A DNA stretch of 63,539 nt, filler included, from Welwitschia mirabilis (lineage: Eukaryota): the NCBI GenBank assembly GCA_051453625.1. It is 4 parts of one record of this genome, joined end to end, with 100 filler letters (N's around TTAATTAATTAA, not from the genome) between each part and the next. Parts side by side here need not be neighbours in the genome. Positions count along the whole stretch, not along the records: positions 35,751 to 55,829 come from JBOZIK010000001.1; positions 55,930 to 63,539 come from JBOZIK010000001.1; 2 more parts are not named here. One strand, given 5' to 3'. The notes under the pieces were generated by a model, which saw only the letters and a program-made list of their open reading frames with translations, searched no databases and was not told the origin of the DNA. Positions 42,119 to 59,244 of this stretch are shown here, in pieces. A program made the translations under genes and the position numbers. The number at the start of each line of letters is the position of its first letter. Position 1 is the first letter of the stretch.

Positions 42119-43599
42119 GCATAATTTTTTCTTCATTGAAACAAGTAATAGTTAATACAAAGCATAACAAATATTTACAAGTTAAAATTTTCAAAGTATT
42201 ACAAATCTATGTGAAACATTGGTTAATAGTTTGACTAATCTATCCATTACAACAAATTACATGATTTCTAGTAGTTAAATAAAGTGAAATGAAAAAAGAA
42301 TAATCCAATGCAAAAGATGTTATAAGAAGTCGAAACCTCTGTAATAGAAAACGTATTTTTTTGTTGTCAAGTTGGTCATTTTTCTTGATCCATTTGAAGG
42401 CTAATAATTAAATAAGGAAGTCCTTTAAACTAGGAACAAAATTATATTTGGAGAATTACAATAGAACAAGGCCAACATCTACTTGAAGATCAGCAGAGGT
42501 ATGAAAGCCTTAATTTCCTTTAAAATTTTTGCTTTGGTTTTTGGCTTGTATTTCTATATGATTACATTGTTTGGAGCTCTAAATTAGTAGGTAAACATTA
42601 AAACAAAATAAATAACATTCAAACATAATCTTTATTAGATGATTTAAGGCAAGACACTAAACTCAGTATGACATTATGCTTCTTGAAGCTAAATTGATGC
42701 CTTTGGAGGTAGGAGCTATTTGTCAATTTATAACTCGTGTTTATAATCTCTTAAATTTATCAAATAAATTTCCTAAAAGGCTATTCCACTCAACTCAAGA
42801 AAAAGTTTGGTTTTAGTAGGAAAAGATTTAACTTCAAAATTAGAACATTCAAGAACAATGTTTTCATTGTAATTCTAAGTAATTTCAAACAATTATAAAA
42901 TAAATAGCACCTCAAAAGATTAGGAAATTATATAAAGAAAGAAGAAATTTATTTAAACAATAGTACAAGAGACATTTCTACAAAGATAAGCTACTTAAGC
43001 ATTGCTACTCCTCTCCATTTATGGATTTAGATCAATAAGAAAAATGAAATCTTGTTATTTCGAGATTCAAATAGGTAGATGGTTTCAAGTCCCTCTAGAA
43101 CATTAGACATGTTGACTTTATGGCTAGAATGTTAAAGACGAATATCATGAGTTTTCAGATGTCCTTCAGCAAATAACACATGAAGGAAATGGAACATTAA
43201 AGCCCATAATTTGGTTGATTTGTTTCAAGTCTCGTCCAAAACTCTAAGTAATTTCATACACTAAATTTGTTAGGCTCATGCCATGTACATTTCTGGTGTC
43301 TGACAATTCATTAAGGTCTTTAGGGATGTAATTTAAAAAAAAGAAGATTCAACTTCAGTTTTAGTATTAAAATATAAGAACATTCTATTAAAGTGTTCTT
43401 GCTTCACAAACTAGAGTCACCTCTAATGGCTTTGATAATACGCATATAATCCATTTATGTCATCCTAAATATTCTATGCAACTTTAAACTTGTTATGTAA
43501 GTGTTACCTACGCTCAACCTAACCCCACTTAAAAAAATGAAAGATACTTTATTATTTTTAAAATTAATTCAATCTTCTAATACGAATTGAATGATGTCC

Positions 43600-46500
43600 C
43601 ACTATTTGTTTGGTGTATATCTTATAGTCCCAAAGAAATATACTTCACTATTTAATAAACTTCATAAAACTTTCTATCCTTACAAAGGGTGATTCATAGC
43701 TACATGCAATTTCCTAATAATATCTAAATGTGTTAAGTGGCCTTTATAATGCCATGTGCTCCTTCTTGTGAGGTTATAGTGGATACTAAAAACAAAAATG
43801 TGATGGGTATCACAAAGTCTTATCTTTTGTTCCTTCCTATGTTTGCATCCTATAGGAGAGTCTTTTTAGAAAAGTTATATTGCCTTAATTTCTTTTGGAA
43901 GTCCTTCCCTCATAATGTTCTTCAACCTTTTAGGGCAACTTACAATTATCATGTAAGGTTAATTCTTTAAATGCTTAGGATTTTGACAGATGACAATAGT
44001 AGCATATTACTAAATGCTTTGGCAAATAATGGAAAAGCATTTGTCATAAGGTTTATCCTACCTAACACAACCTCTTTCCTAGATGCTTATGAAAATTTAT
44101 TAGTATCTAGATAAGGAATTGTAATATAACCATGGAATATTAATGCTTAACCTCAAGGACCTCTATTTAGCTAGGAAATGAATGCCTAATCCTAAGATTA
44201 ACAAAAATAATAGTTTATCAAAAATTCTAAATATAATGTAAGAATTTATCAAAGATTCAAGTTTGTACTTCCTTCTGGTATAGCACAATATAGTGAATGG
44301 TCTATTCTATCCCTAAAACAAGAATTACTCACACATGAAATTTAAGTTCCTACTTATTTCCATGGTGTAGTCTTTTAAAAATAGCAACCATGTGACATGT
44401 CTCATATATCTTATTTTGTTTAATCTATATTCCATATTATTAACTTTAATAAGTTATGTTTTCACTTGTTTATATTGCTTATTAATAGGAACAAAGTCGC
44501 ACCAGTTCCATGATTACTAGTAATAAATCAATGTCTATATTTGAGAAATATATTTTTTTCAAGTAGTTACTAGGAAGCTAAGGGAAATTGTAAGCAACAT
44601 TGTTTTGCATCTAGTACATCAACTGTTTAGAGTGTTAACATTCCTATTGTTAACATTCAACCAACCACCATAGCAAACAAGGAAAAAAGAAAAATGAAAT
44701 AATTTTATAATAAAGGTTTTTTATTAAATATTTATTACTGCCATTTTCTATTTTTATTACTAACATTTTCTATTTTAACATAGAATAAGAACTGAAAATA
44801 AAAGAATCATAGTAAAGTAGTAAAAGATACTTTAGTTGTACTCACCAGAAGATACCATCTCATTGTACTTATGAATTTATATCTTATTGGGTTATGATAT
44901 GGCTTGAGATCTAGTATAAAGTTATATCACAACAATCTAAACTCTAAGTTCAACATCCTTAAGGATCATACTCTTTAGAGTTCAAGAGGATTCAATTTCC
45001 AATTGATAATGCATATACACCTATCCATAAGCAACATATTGAAAACTCAAAATTATTCTTTAAAAACTTAATGAAAAGTCATGAAAGTCACACATTGATG
45101 TCCTTAGGGGTGAAGTTCATTTTCTATAACAACATGCATGAAAAATCAATGACTTAAATCCTAGGTCTTCTAAAGCCTTCAACAAATAGATCATTTTACA
45201 AAGTGTGAGACAAGGATTGTTAGCTTAAATAGTCATAACATTATTTAACAAAAATATATATATATATATCATAAGTCTTCAAAATAGTCATTTAATCTCC
45301 AATAATTGCAATGTTGACGAAAGACATCTTGGAGAAGAGCTTAAGAAATTTTATATCAAAATATAAAAGGGAGAGCCCAAAATAGATAAAGAAGCTCTTT
45401 AATGAATACAATATATACCACATTATTTCAGGCTTGAGCAAATACCAATAATCTAATGTAATTAATGTGTAACCATGTTTTTGATCAAAGATGTTGCCAA
45501 ATGATGGAAACAATCTCTAAACCATAAAAAGATCCAATGTGGATATAATTGTTTATTGATGGAATTCAAAATGTGCTTCATTTACAAATATTTCATTAAA
45601 GATAACAATATTGTGATGTGTTTATAACTTCACAAAGATCTCTTGATAAATACTAGAAATAGCTTTATGAATACTATCAAGAGTCTCATGGTTTCGTTGA
45701 ACATTCCCTCCATAGCTCTCAAACACCATTTGCCCATTGCAGCCAAAATTTCCATAGGAATCAGAAATCAAACTTGGACTTTTGATGGCTCGCTCCCGAG
45801 TTAGTAGAGGCCATCATGGATTCTCGTTCAAGTAAATAGATCAATAATCCTAGTGAGCACTATACAGCTTCCTATGAATTAAGTTTTGAAAAAAAAATGA
45901 AAACCAAATACTATATAAGCAATCACGATAAGAACAACCAATACTTGATCCACTGAAGTTTATAATAGCTTCAACAACCTACTAGACAAATTGTGTAAAA
46001 TAGTTCTCATAAGAGAGGCAACATCACAAAAACCTATCTACTTAAAAAGGCTAGCAAGGAAGCAAAGGTGTCCATACCAAATCAACCATATTAAATGTTA
46101 TGGTAACAAGACAAAGAACTTTTCAATGCAATTAACACTTGCTTCGTTCATATCCAATTCTCAATTATGAAAACAAGTATTAAAATCTAACTTATCCTAC
46201 TTTACTTTTCTCATTGATCATGATGCTAGCCATAACTTAGTGTTACTATTACATACTGTTGTCCTTGAATTGAGAATGATCATCTTCTATTGAAATAATA
46301 AAAAGTACATTACCCACTTGGCACATATGTTAGTTTCCTCTCGATTATTTGGATTCGATTGCCTACTTTTATGAATTAAAAAAATTAAGTATAAACTAAT
46401 TTTAGGTATATCATTCCTATCAAATGTTAAGGCATGTTTCCATTCCAAACTTATTTATATGCCATGTCCAATCAAAGGTCATATTCTCAAAGGGGTGGGA
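43600..46500 (-). mobile_element. Possible very old Ty3/gypsy pol remnant
   Basis: Faint minus-strand motifs: MNEASVNCIEK (RH-like), NIAIIGD (aRH-like) and DGIFW (integrase-like). Too decayed for a firm call. Confidence 0.3.
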
Positions 46501-46879
46501 GCTAATTCTTACTTTTTACCACAAAAAGCATTAAAGCAATATTCAAAAGAAGACAACATGAGTTATTCGCAGTGATTTGAAATATGTTAGTGAGAATATT
46601 TATTCTTAACATTGGTTAAGAAAGATGTAATTGAAAAGTGCAAGTAAGCCCACTGACTGAGGAAACATGAAAATGTTTATGAAGGAAATGCCAACCCACC
46701 ACCAGAATGTTAACATATTATCAATCTGGTACCAAGTGCCCAAGTACTCTGAAGCTCTATACAGATTCTCGTAAATAGAGTTAAGGAAATTGAAGTTTAA
46801 ACACATCTAAAAAGAGATGAAGCATGCATTCATCTAATAACACTACCTCGGGGAGCTCCAATTCAATTTGTCAAGATAG

Positions 46880-47200
46880 ATGAGGTCACAAGTAAAAACA
46901 CAGACCCAGTGCTCAAAATCAATAAACTTTTAAAACAGCACCTCGAAGCATGGCATTTCTGGAAAATATCTTTTAAGGGAATCGAACTTACATGTCAAAG
47001 AATATGTAAAAGAAGGGAAGTTCCATCTAAACATATCACGTTGCAGGAGCTCTACTCTCTCTTCATCCAGAAAGAGGATATATTAATTATGGATAACAAG
47101 TTCATAATTAAGAACAACTACCCACTACCAAAAATCAATAAACTCCTATGTGCATAACCCATTGCTTTGTCAATGCAGTGGATGAGATTTTTTCTCTATT
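46880..47200 (+). mobile_element. Ty3/gypsy RT N-terminal fragment
   Basis: NKFIIKNNYPLPKINKLL resembles the LNK.TIKNRYPLPRIDDLL RT motif. Confidence 0.65.
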
Positions 47201-47923
47201 TTACACAAATTTGTTATTCTAAGAACACACAGCACATTGAATAGTTTCAGACAAAGTTGAAGCTGCTCAAGCAAAAAACGTGAAGACAAGAATGAGTAAG
47301 AGAGATTTTTTAACAATTTGTTCACTGGTCAGAGCGTATTAATTTTAGGGACAAGACTGAAATACCTAGCTTAGGCACAAGCACCACGAGATTGGCTAGA
47401 ACTCACAAATCCTAATGAATGCAAAACTTAGCTACATAGTTTCTTTTGCAACTCTGACATACAATTAGCAAGAAATTAGGCATGCAATTCACTCGACTGT
47501 TTGCTTAAATGTTTGATTTTTGTTTATCAGGTCCATTGAATATTTCCCTGGCATGAAATAATGCATAACAGAAAATTAGAGAGTCTGAGATAAGAGAGTC
47601 TTAGCAGAGAGAAATTAACAATTTTCACAAACAGTCACCCTGAACATGGCAATTAAGGTAAGAAATTTTTGAAGAAGAAACCATTGGCAGTACAGATGTT
47701 ATGTATACAATGGAAGGATGGATGGATAGGCATATAAGCTTTTAATTTTTTTGATAGTAACTGAGAGCATATTGAATTATTTTCATGAGAATTTACAAAA
47801 GCAAACATTAAAACAAGGGAGCTTGGTCTATTCAAATGAAAATATATAGCCTTAGCAAATAATCTGTAAAACTACAGAAGCCAGGTTCTAGAATTCCATG
47901 GCTGGAGTTATTTCGTTCTGGCT

Positions 47924-47929
47924 TTTATT
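47924..47929 (-). terminator. Possible polyadenylation signal (AATAAA) of the CAD gene
   Basis: AATAAA on the minus strand about 110 nt downstream of the stop codon. Weak evidence in AT-rich DNA. Confidence 0.3.
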
Positions 47930-48039
47930 CCACCAAAATAAAGTGGTGGTCAAACAATATCATAAAATGGGTCCTTCATAATTGCAGATGGTAATCACTT
48001 ACACACTACATTGTGCCTTGTTCAGGATACAGGGAGCAC

Positions 48040-48236
48040 TCACCCTAAAGAGTTTTCGATATCTATAACAAAGCGGTACTTAACATCCTTCCTTACAACT
48101 CTCTCTAAGGCCTCGTTTACATATTGTATTGGAATTACTTCAACTAGTGGCTTTATTTCTTCCCTCGCACAAAAATTGATCATCTCTTGGATGTCTTTTG
48201 TCCCTCCTGTGACACTTCCAGATATTGTTTTTGCAC
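48040..48236 (-). CDS. CAD1: CAD1-like; last coding exon (197 nt including TGA)
   Basis: [23 protein letters not shown]...[25 protein letters not shown], the typical CAD C-terminus. CAG acceptor at 48239-48237. Confidence 0.95.
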
Positions 48237-48542
48237 CTGTCAGTTGCCATTCAAATATCAAGAGTTAGAGCATGCTTCAGGTCTCTGTAATCTATGAACC
48301 ACTGGACTTCCAAACCAGTTCAACTGAAAATTTCATTCCAAAGAAAATGACTCTTGTCATGGGAAACATGCAACTACTTCTCAGAAATGATATCCATGAG
48401 CATTGAAGTGGCTACCTTGGACCCAGGAATATTACATGATAAAATGAGAATACATAGAAAATAAGGACGGTGCTAGATTTGGACATGGGTACACATAGGT
48501 AGACAAGGAAAAAAAAAGCAAAGAGGATCTACAGTCACTTAC

Positions 48543-48693
48543 CAATAAGAAGATTTCTGGGTGAAACCTTTATTTCACTAGGGAAACCCACAATGGCGTA
48601 TACTCCTTCAGATTTTAAAAGTCTCATATAAGCATCAATAGGATGGTCTCCTGAAGCAGTGTCAATGATAAAATCTAGTGTCTTTGCTGCAGC
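48543..48693 (-). CDS. CAD1: CAD1-like; coding exon 5 (151 nt)
   Basis: [54 protein letters not shown] acceptor, GTAAG donor at 48542. Confidence 0.9.
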
Positions 48694-48875
48694 CTTCACA
48701 ACAAGCATGCACGAAGAATTGTCATTNNNNNNNNNNNNNNNNNNNNNNNNNNNNNNNNNNNNNNNNNNNNNNNNNNNNNNNNNNNNNNNNNNNNNNNNNN
48801 NNNNNNNNNNNNNNNNNNNNNNNNNNAAAAACTCAGTCTTGCTAAATATATTCTAGAGACTTGTCCAGAATTTAC

Positions 48876-49161
48876 CTCCAACTGCTCAGAATTAGATGAT
48901 ATTATGAATTTGTCAGCTCCGAGAATGTTCAAAGCTTCCTCCTCCTTGGACGCAGTTGTACTAAAAACTGAGACATGTAGTCCAAAGGCCTTACCAAATA
49001 GGACAGCCATGTGACCAAGACCTCCAAGCCCAACAACACCAAGGGATTTTCCTGCTTGGTTCATGTGATGACGTATCATGGGAGTATACACTGTAATACC
49101 AGCACAAAGTAAAGGGGCAGCAAGAGCAGACGGTAGATTGTCCGGAATATGGAAACAGTAT
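48876..49161 (-). CDS. CAD1: CAD1-like; coding exon 4 (286 nt)
   Basis: [28 protein letters not shown]...[19 protein letters not shown]...SEQLE. Contains the third catalytic Zn Cys and the Rossmann GLGGLG motif. CAG acceptor, GTAAAT donor; phase matches exon 3. Confidence 0.95.
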
Positions 49162-51599
49162 CTGTTTTACAAGTATGCTTGTTAAATATGTAACAGATAA
49201 ATGCACCCTTCCACTTCAGTAACAATAATGCATCTCATAATTTAAAAAAGAAAAAGAAAAGGAAAAAAAAAAGGTAAAACAAGAATATTTTTCCCCAGAT
49301 CTGGAACGTTTAAGCAGAGGCAATTGATTAGTAACTGCAAGAACATTCAGATAAGATTTGGATCAAAACTACCAATAAGCCAACTTACAATGTTTAGTCA
49401 CACCCATAGAAATAGTGATGAAGTTTTAAGTATTGTAGTATGCAAAAGTTGAAAATTGATTTTTCATAAGCTCCACTGAAAATATGAGTTTTTAAACCAA
49501 TAACACAATGTTATTTGTGCTATACCCTTCCAAATACATAACTAAACTGGGGGAAAAAGAGGAGGATTTACTGAAATCACAATATACTAAGTAAAGACTT
49601 TGATGTGTGTATAACAATTCCTGAAGGGATCAGCATCATGCAGGCAAGCAGATCATTGATACTTTAACAACTCAATACTCAGTGCCATTAGCATCTTGTG
49701 AATGCAAGGTGTTTCTTGTTATCCATACCTGGCATCCTCCATCCAGTTGTGAGAAATAAGCAAGGATTTTCATAGCAACTAGCTCACTCAGTTGTCAAAT
49801 AAGCAAAGGTGTGCTTAACAACCATGCTTCATTATTGTGACAGACAAAAACAGGAGAGCCTAAATAGAATAATCATAAGACAGCACAGTATATATAAGCA
49901 TGCAAACATAGGCAAAAAGAGTTTTGGACACCTACCCAAAAACCTCGTGAGTCTAGAGTTGGAAGTGAAGAACTAAACACATGACCAAATATGGAAGCAA
50001 TAGACAATAAGTATAGTACATGGAGGCCGACAAGTACAAACATACACATAAAACGAAGGAGCAGATTCATAGACAGATGTATGTATGAATGCCATCAGAT
50101 GGTAAGAAGATGCAAAAATGCTACAATAGGAAATGGCAATGAATGAATGGAATCTGAAAACAAATGCACAGTGATAAATACAAAGGTGAATAATAAAAAT
50201 GAACAAACCATTCCTTGGGGTGTAGGGCTGAGGCAGGGAACTGAACAATTGGAATAGAGAAGCGCATGCCTGATCCAAAGATCCTTGATGCAAATCACTC
50301 CTTAGCAGAAGCCCCTGGCAAATCAGGCACTGCTTAGGGGCCAATCCTATAAAAGGAAATAACATAACTACAGGCAAGCTTAGATGACTTAGGCACACAA
50401 CTATAAGGTTCTATTAGAATATATGTCCAATGGAATGAGGCACCATCTGTCCAGAAGAAGGACATATAGTACTACAGATATCTTCCTGCAGATTTGATGT
50501 ACTAAAGTCTAACTACAGAAGCCGAAGATCTAGACTCAGAAGAATGATATTGGGAGGTTCAATCAGAACTGATGACAGATCAGATATAGGATCTGGTAGG
50601 CTAGAACTTCAGAAGATTTACAAAGAATGCATTCAAATGCATATAGAATTGACTCTTAACAAAATAGAGCTGATAGATCTCAAAGCAGATTATTTTTTGA
50701 GAAAATATTTGAGCAGTTGGTTTCTGTAATTTCAGCACATAAGTGGATCCGAATTCAATAGATCTGCATTGACAATGGAACTGGAGGTCCCCAACCCAAC
50801 GCCCAGGAGCTGGGGGACCCCTTTATCTGAAGCCTCAACATTTCTCCCTATTCTTCTTCCATTCCATCCTCCTGAGCTTTTCTCCCCACGAAGACGACTT
50901 TATGGAGGGACTTCATCCGGCCCCTCACTTGTCTTCCATGCCCAATGTGTGAAAGTAAGGGCCTCTCCAAGGATGAAATAGACCCTCCCAGCTGCTCTCA
51001 GCCTTCCCTCCAACATTTTCTCCAATCCAAGAGCCTCTTCCGAGAGTGTTTCTGCAATCCTTCTGTCTTCCTCGCCTTTAGTTAGACAGGGTGGCTTACA
51101 AGGAGGACATCCTTTCCCTTCAGGTCCCACCTCCTCCTTTTAAGTCCTTAGCCTCCTCCCTCACACCCATCCACCTTCTCCGTCAGCTGAGCCGCCTCCC
51201 CTTTCTCCTTCTCCTTTCCTTTTCCCTTCCATCTTCTACCTTTTCATCCAATTGTCTTCCACGCCCCGGAGACTACTATGCCTTTAGATTCCACACCTTG
51301 GGCGTGAAAGTCAGCTTCTTACCCTTCTTCGTCAGCCTCCCGCTGATTTTGGAACCCCTTCTCACATTAGATAGCTACCTCCTCCAACTTAGTCCTGCTC
51401 CTAGCCCCTCTGCTGATAAGTTATGTCCTAGATGCCTTGAGCCCTTCCCTTCAGTCCTCCTCTAAAAGAGATCGAACCTTTTCCCCTTTCTCTTTTCCCT
51501 TTGCCTCACCCTCTTTCTCTCTCCCTTAACTTCTCCCTTACCCTAGGATTCCTACCAACAAGAAGGAACCCCTGCACCCTATGGGGGACCTCTTAGCGC

Positions 51600-55829
<4,230 letters not shown>

Positions 55830-55929
55830 NNNNNNNNNNNNNNNNNNNNNNNNNNNNNNNNNNNNNNNNNNNNTTAATTAATTAANNNNNNNNNNNNNNN
55901 NNNNNNNNNNNNNNNNNNNNNNNNNNNNN

Positions 55930-56503
55930 ATAGTAACCCTTCTAAAGGGTTTCTAAATGACTTATATAGACATCTCCTCTGAAAATAGCTGTTGAATCCT
56001 TATCCTTTGGATCCCTAACCGTTGGTCTGCTGTAATAGCCATTTGAATCACATCCCAAGGAAGTTCTAACCATTGCTCAGACGTTCTTGCTTAAAAACCA
56101 CGTTGTTCTGGTGTCTGCAACGTTCATATTCTTTCGGGTCGAACCTCCCAATTTTTTGGACCGAACGTCCGGGTTATAACGTTGAGTTTCTGAGATAGAT
56201 CCGGACGTCCCAATTTCAGATCTNNNNNNNNNNNNNNNNNNNNNNNNNNNNNNNNNNNNNNNNNNNNNNNNNNNNNNNNNNNNNNNNNNNNNNNNNNNNN
56301 NNNNNNNNNNNNNNNNNNNNNNNGAACAAGGACACAAGCCGTCCTCAATAGCCAATCTGATAACTCTTGACTCCTACACCTTGTGGCATTCCATGCCTCT
56401 CCACTCCTTATATAGATTTTCTTTTAGGGTAGAAACGCTAACCCTAACTTCTAGAACTTTCTAGATGACCCCATTTAACTTCCTTTTTTCTTTTAATATT
56501 ACA
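55930..56503. mobile_element. LTR-like end at the right side of the intron 3 insertion
   Basis: Terminates ...taatattACA, with CTATATAAGG on the minus strand and CpG-retaining ACGT-core repeats at 56077-56223. Separated from the pol region by a gap, so linkage is unproven. Confidence 0.45.
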
Positions 56504-58756
56504 ACAAGAAAAGGGACTATATGAAAATATATAAAGTCACACTATAAAGGAATAAATAACATCAAGAGATTTGGCTTCACTTCCAACAATTAGGGCAACA
56601 AAAAGAACAATGAAGCATAAAATAATAAGGCAAAAAATAAGAAGGTTCACAGGACATATAGATTTATGTGGTGAAACTCTTAAAAGAAAAAAGAAAACAT
56701 CCACAAGAAAAATAAATAGCTCTATTATCATTTTTTGGAATCATCATAATCTTGATTACATGACATAATCTGAAGTGTGGAGTTGTGATAAAGGATGAAT
56801 GGAATCATGACTATATGCTGATTATAAGTGCTTTTACTAGAGCTAACCATTGGAATTCAAAGTGGGGTTCCTCAAAGTATGCTTTCTATTAATATTTATT
56901 ATTACCTATATATGTGCATGCTTAAGTCAAGATTTGTTAAAATGCATTTGCCATCCTTGAGAATCCAAGTTTGATACATTAATTTTAAATAATGCAAACA
57001 TAATGCATGCACAGACAAGAAGGACAAAACTTCTTCATTGATTTAGTCAAGTGACAGTAATTAGTTACTCTCTCTAGGGATATTACATTCAAAACTCCCA
57101 TGCTATGTCTTTTTAATGGGCCTTCACTGTGAATGAAAGTGAAATCATGACAGAGAAACAAGCATAAGAAGAAGGGGTGAAACCAAACCATACTTTTAAA
57201 ATGTGGATATGAATCGCAATAGATTCCAACAAGAATGCTTTAAATTGCCACAAAATCATGATTCTCTGAGAATCATGATTCCAAACGTTGGAATCATGAT
57301 TTGGCATTTCCCGTGATTCTCGCAATTCCGATGACTTTGCTGATTCCAAAATTTTCTGGCACAAAATAGTCCAATAAAATTGGAAAACCAGTTTTTTTTA
57401 ATGTTTTTAGTACCATCTTACATCCACAACATTGCTTCATTCCCTTAGTGATCTAGACATATATAGTCTTGATATTGCAACTCTCATTTCATTGAATCTA
57501 AAGTGGTTCCACTTTTTCTTCGAGATTTTTGGCATGAACAATTATATTATGATTGTAGCATTGAAAGCTTTTGACCCATGGTATTGGAATGTAAACACCT
57601 ACTATAATATATTGCATATGACATTGATATTTTTGGAAAATTTTGTATGTTGCACTTACTATATGTTGTTCTATATTCTTAAAAATTGTATGCATTTGTG
57701 TCTGGTACTTTAAATTGTTTAATATACTTCAAAAACTGGGGTTGATAATTGATACTTACTAGTTTTATAATAAATAATGATACTTCTGTATTGTTTTTGG
57801 ACTTTACGTACCATTGAAAATTCAATATCTATCAAAACATACTTGAAAAATCATATATTTTATTGTGAATTTTGATTTTCTGTACTTCAAAATGCTGCAT
57901 GATTTTGGGTCACAATTCCGCTTTTAGCCCAAAAAACACTTACATACTGAAAGTATGAAACAAACATCCTTTGGCAAAGAAGTTCCACAGAATGTAAAGT
58001 GGCAGTATGGAAATTGCATTGTCTATGGGTTTTAACTCCCCCATGCCTCAAAATGAAAAATAAAGATATAAAAAAATTTACATTTTTGTCTCATCATAGG
58101 TTACTTTTGCACCATTCCAGCAAGATCTTGTACCACTTTGTGGTTAGGACACATGGCCGACATGTTAAATCAATCGATAAAAAAATATGTGGTGACAATC
58201 AAGTATTAGGCACTTCAACTNNNNNNNNNNACACGATGACTCATATTGGTTATTTATTTTGATTTTTAGTTGGGCTAACATACACAATTATAAGAATGTA
58301 AACACTATCCCATTACAAAACAGCACTGCAAAACATCAAGATACTGTTTATTGTCACAATTTACTTCTAGGAAGTAAAATTGATATTGATTAGATAAGAC
58401 TGACATGTCAAGATTGGGAAGCCTTAGTAAATATCGTTAATCCTTGAAAGTCCAGTCTGTCTTCAGCATAATTTCTACAAAACAAAGTATTTCNNNNNNN
58501 NNNNNNNNNNNNNNNNNNNNNNNNNNNNNNNNNNNNNNATCTGTGTTTAAATTCTAAAGAAATTTAGACTAAAGGTAACATAGCTTAAATCATTGCATAA
58601 CATTTTAGCAATGTTCCTCTCACAACGTGTTTATTCACCATAAAACTGACCAAAATTACGCTGTCAAAAAGAAGAACAAAAATCTTTGCTAAACATGAAA
58701 GAAATTAGTTCACTTTAAAGTCAGTAAAGGAGAATAAGAGTGAAGTGTTGCTTTAC

Positions 58757-58987
58757 TTCTGATGAACAACAATATTTGTGGAATATCCTCCTTTAGTTAC
58801 TGTTCCATCGACATCAATTCCATTAAATGTAAAAATAGCCCCTTTCTCACACAAAGATTCCTTATTTGCATTGCAACATTTGCAATTTTGACAGGAATAG
58901 ACATACGTTCCCACACCCACACGATCATTGACTCTAAAGGTTGCCACAGCAGAACCAACCTGTTTTACGACTCCAACAATTTCATGC
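58757..58987 (-). CDS. CAD1: CAD1-like; coding exon 3 (231 nt)
   Basis: GHEIVGVVKQVGSAVATFRVNDRVGVGTYVYSCQNCKCCNANKESLCEKG...KGGYSTNIVVHQK. Contains the GHE Zn-ADH signature and the structural Zn Cys cluster. AG acceptor, GTAAAG donor at 58756. Confidence 0.95.
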
Positions 58988-59130
58988 CTGTTCAAAAGCA
59001 TATACAAGTGAAGGATTCCAAACTTGAAGCTAATATGCCAACTATACATAAAGAAATCTAAACAACAACTTTGAATTCAAGTACACAGAACCAATAACAA
59101 TCTGTTGATTATGAATGAACGAATGTGTAC

Positions 59131-59244
59131 CCTGGTACCACTGGGTATCGAGAGTCACCGTGTTTGTTTTTGGTCCATACAACATCAGCATAGCATATTC
59201 CACAATGAGTTATCTTTATTAGAACATCATCAGGACCTGGTATT
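59131..59244 (-). CDS. CAD1: Cinnamyl alcohol dehydrogenase, CAD1-like; coding exon 2 (114 nt)
   Basis: Reads (R)[38 protein letters not shown], with the catalytic Zn Cys. CAG acceptor at 59247-59245 and GT donor at 59130. Resembles the AtCAD1-type YADV.W..N.HGDS.YP motif. Confidence 0.93.

Noticed and set aside
50569..50605. CTGATGA followed by a CAGATC/GATCTG stem, resembling a hammerhead ribozyme core
   Set aside because: The stem is followed by GTAG rather than GAAA, and no stem I/III with an NUH cleavage site is evident.
50782..50795. TGGAGGTCCC resembling a tRNA-Gln-type PBS for the Tat element
   Set aside because: It is not preceded by a clear LTR-terminal CA and no matching second LTR was found, so the call is unsupported.
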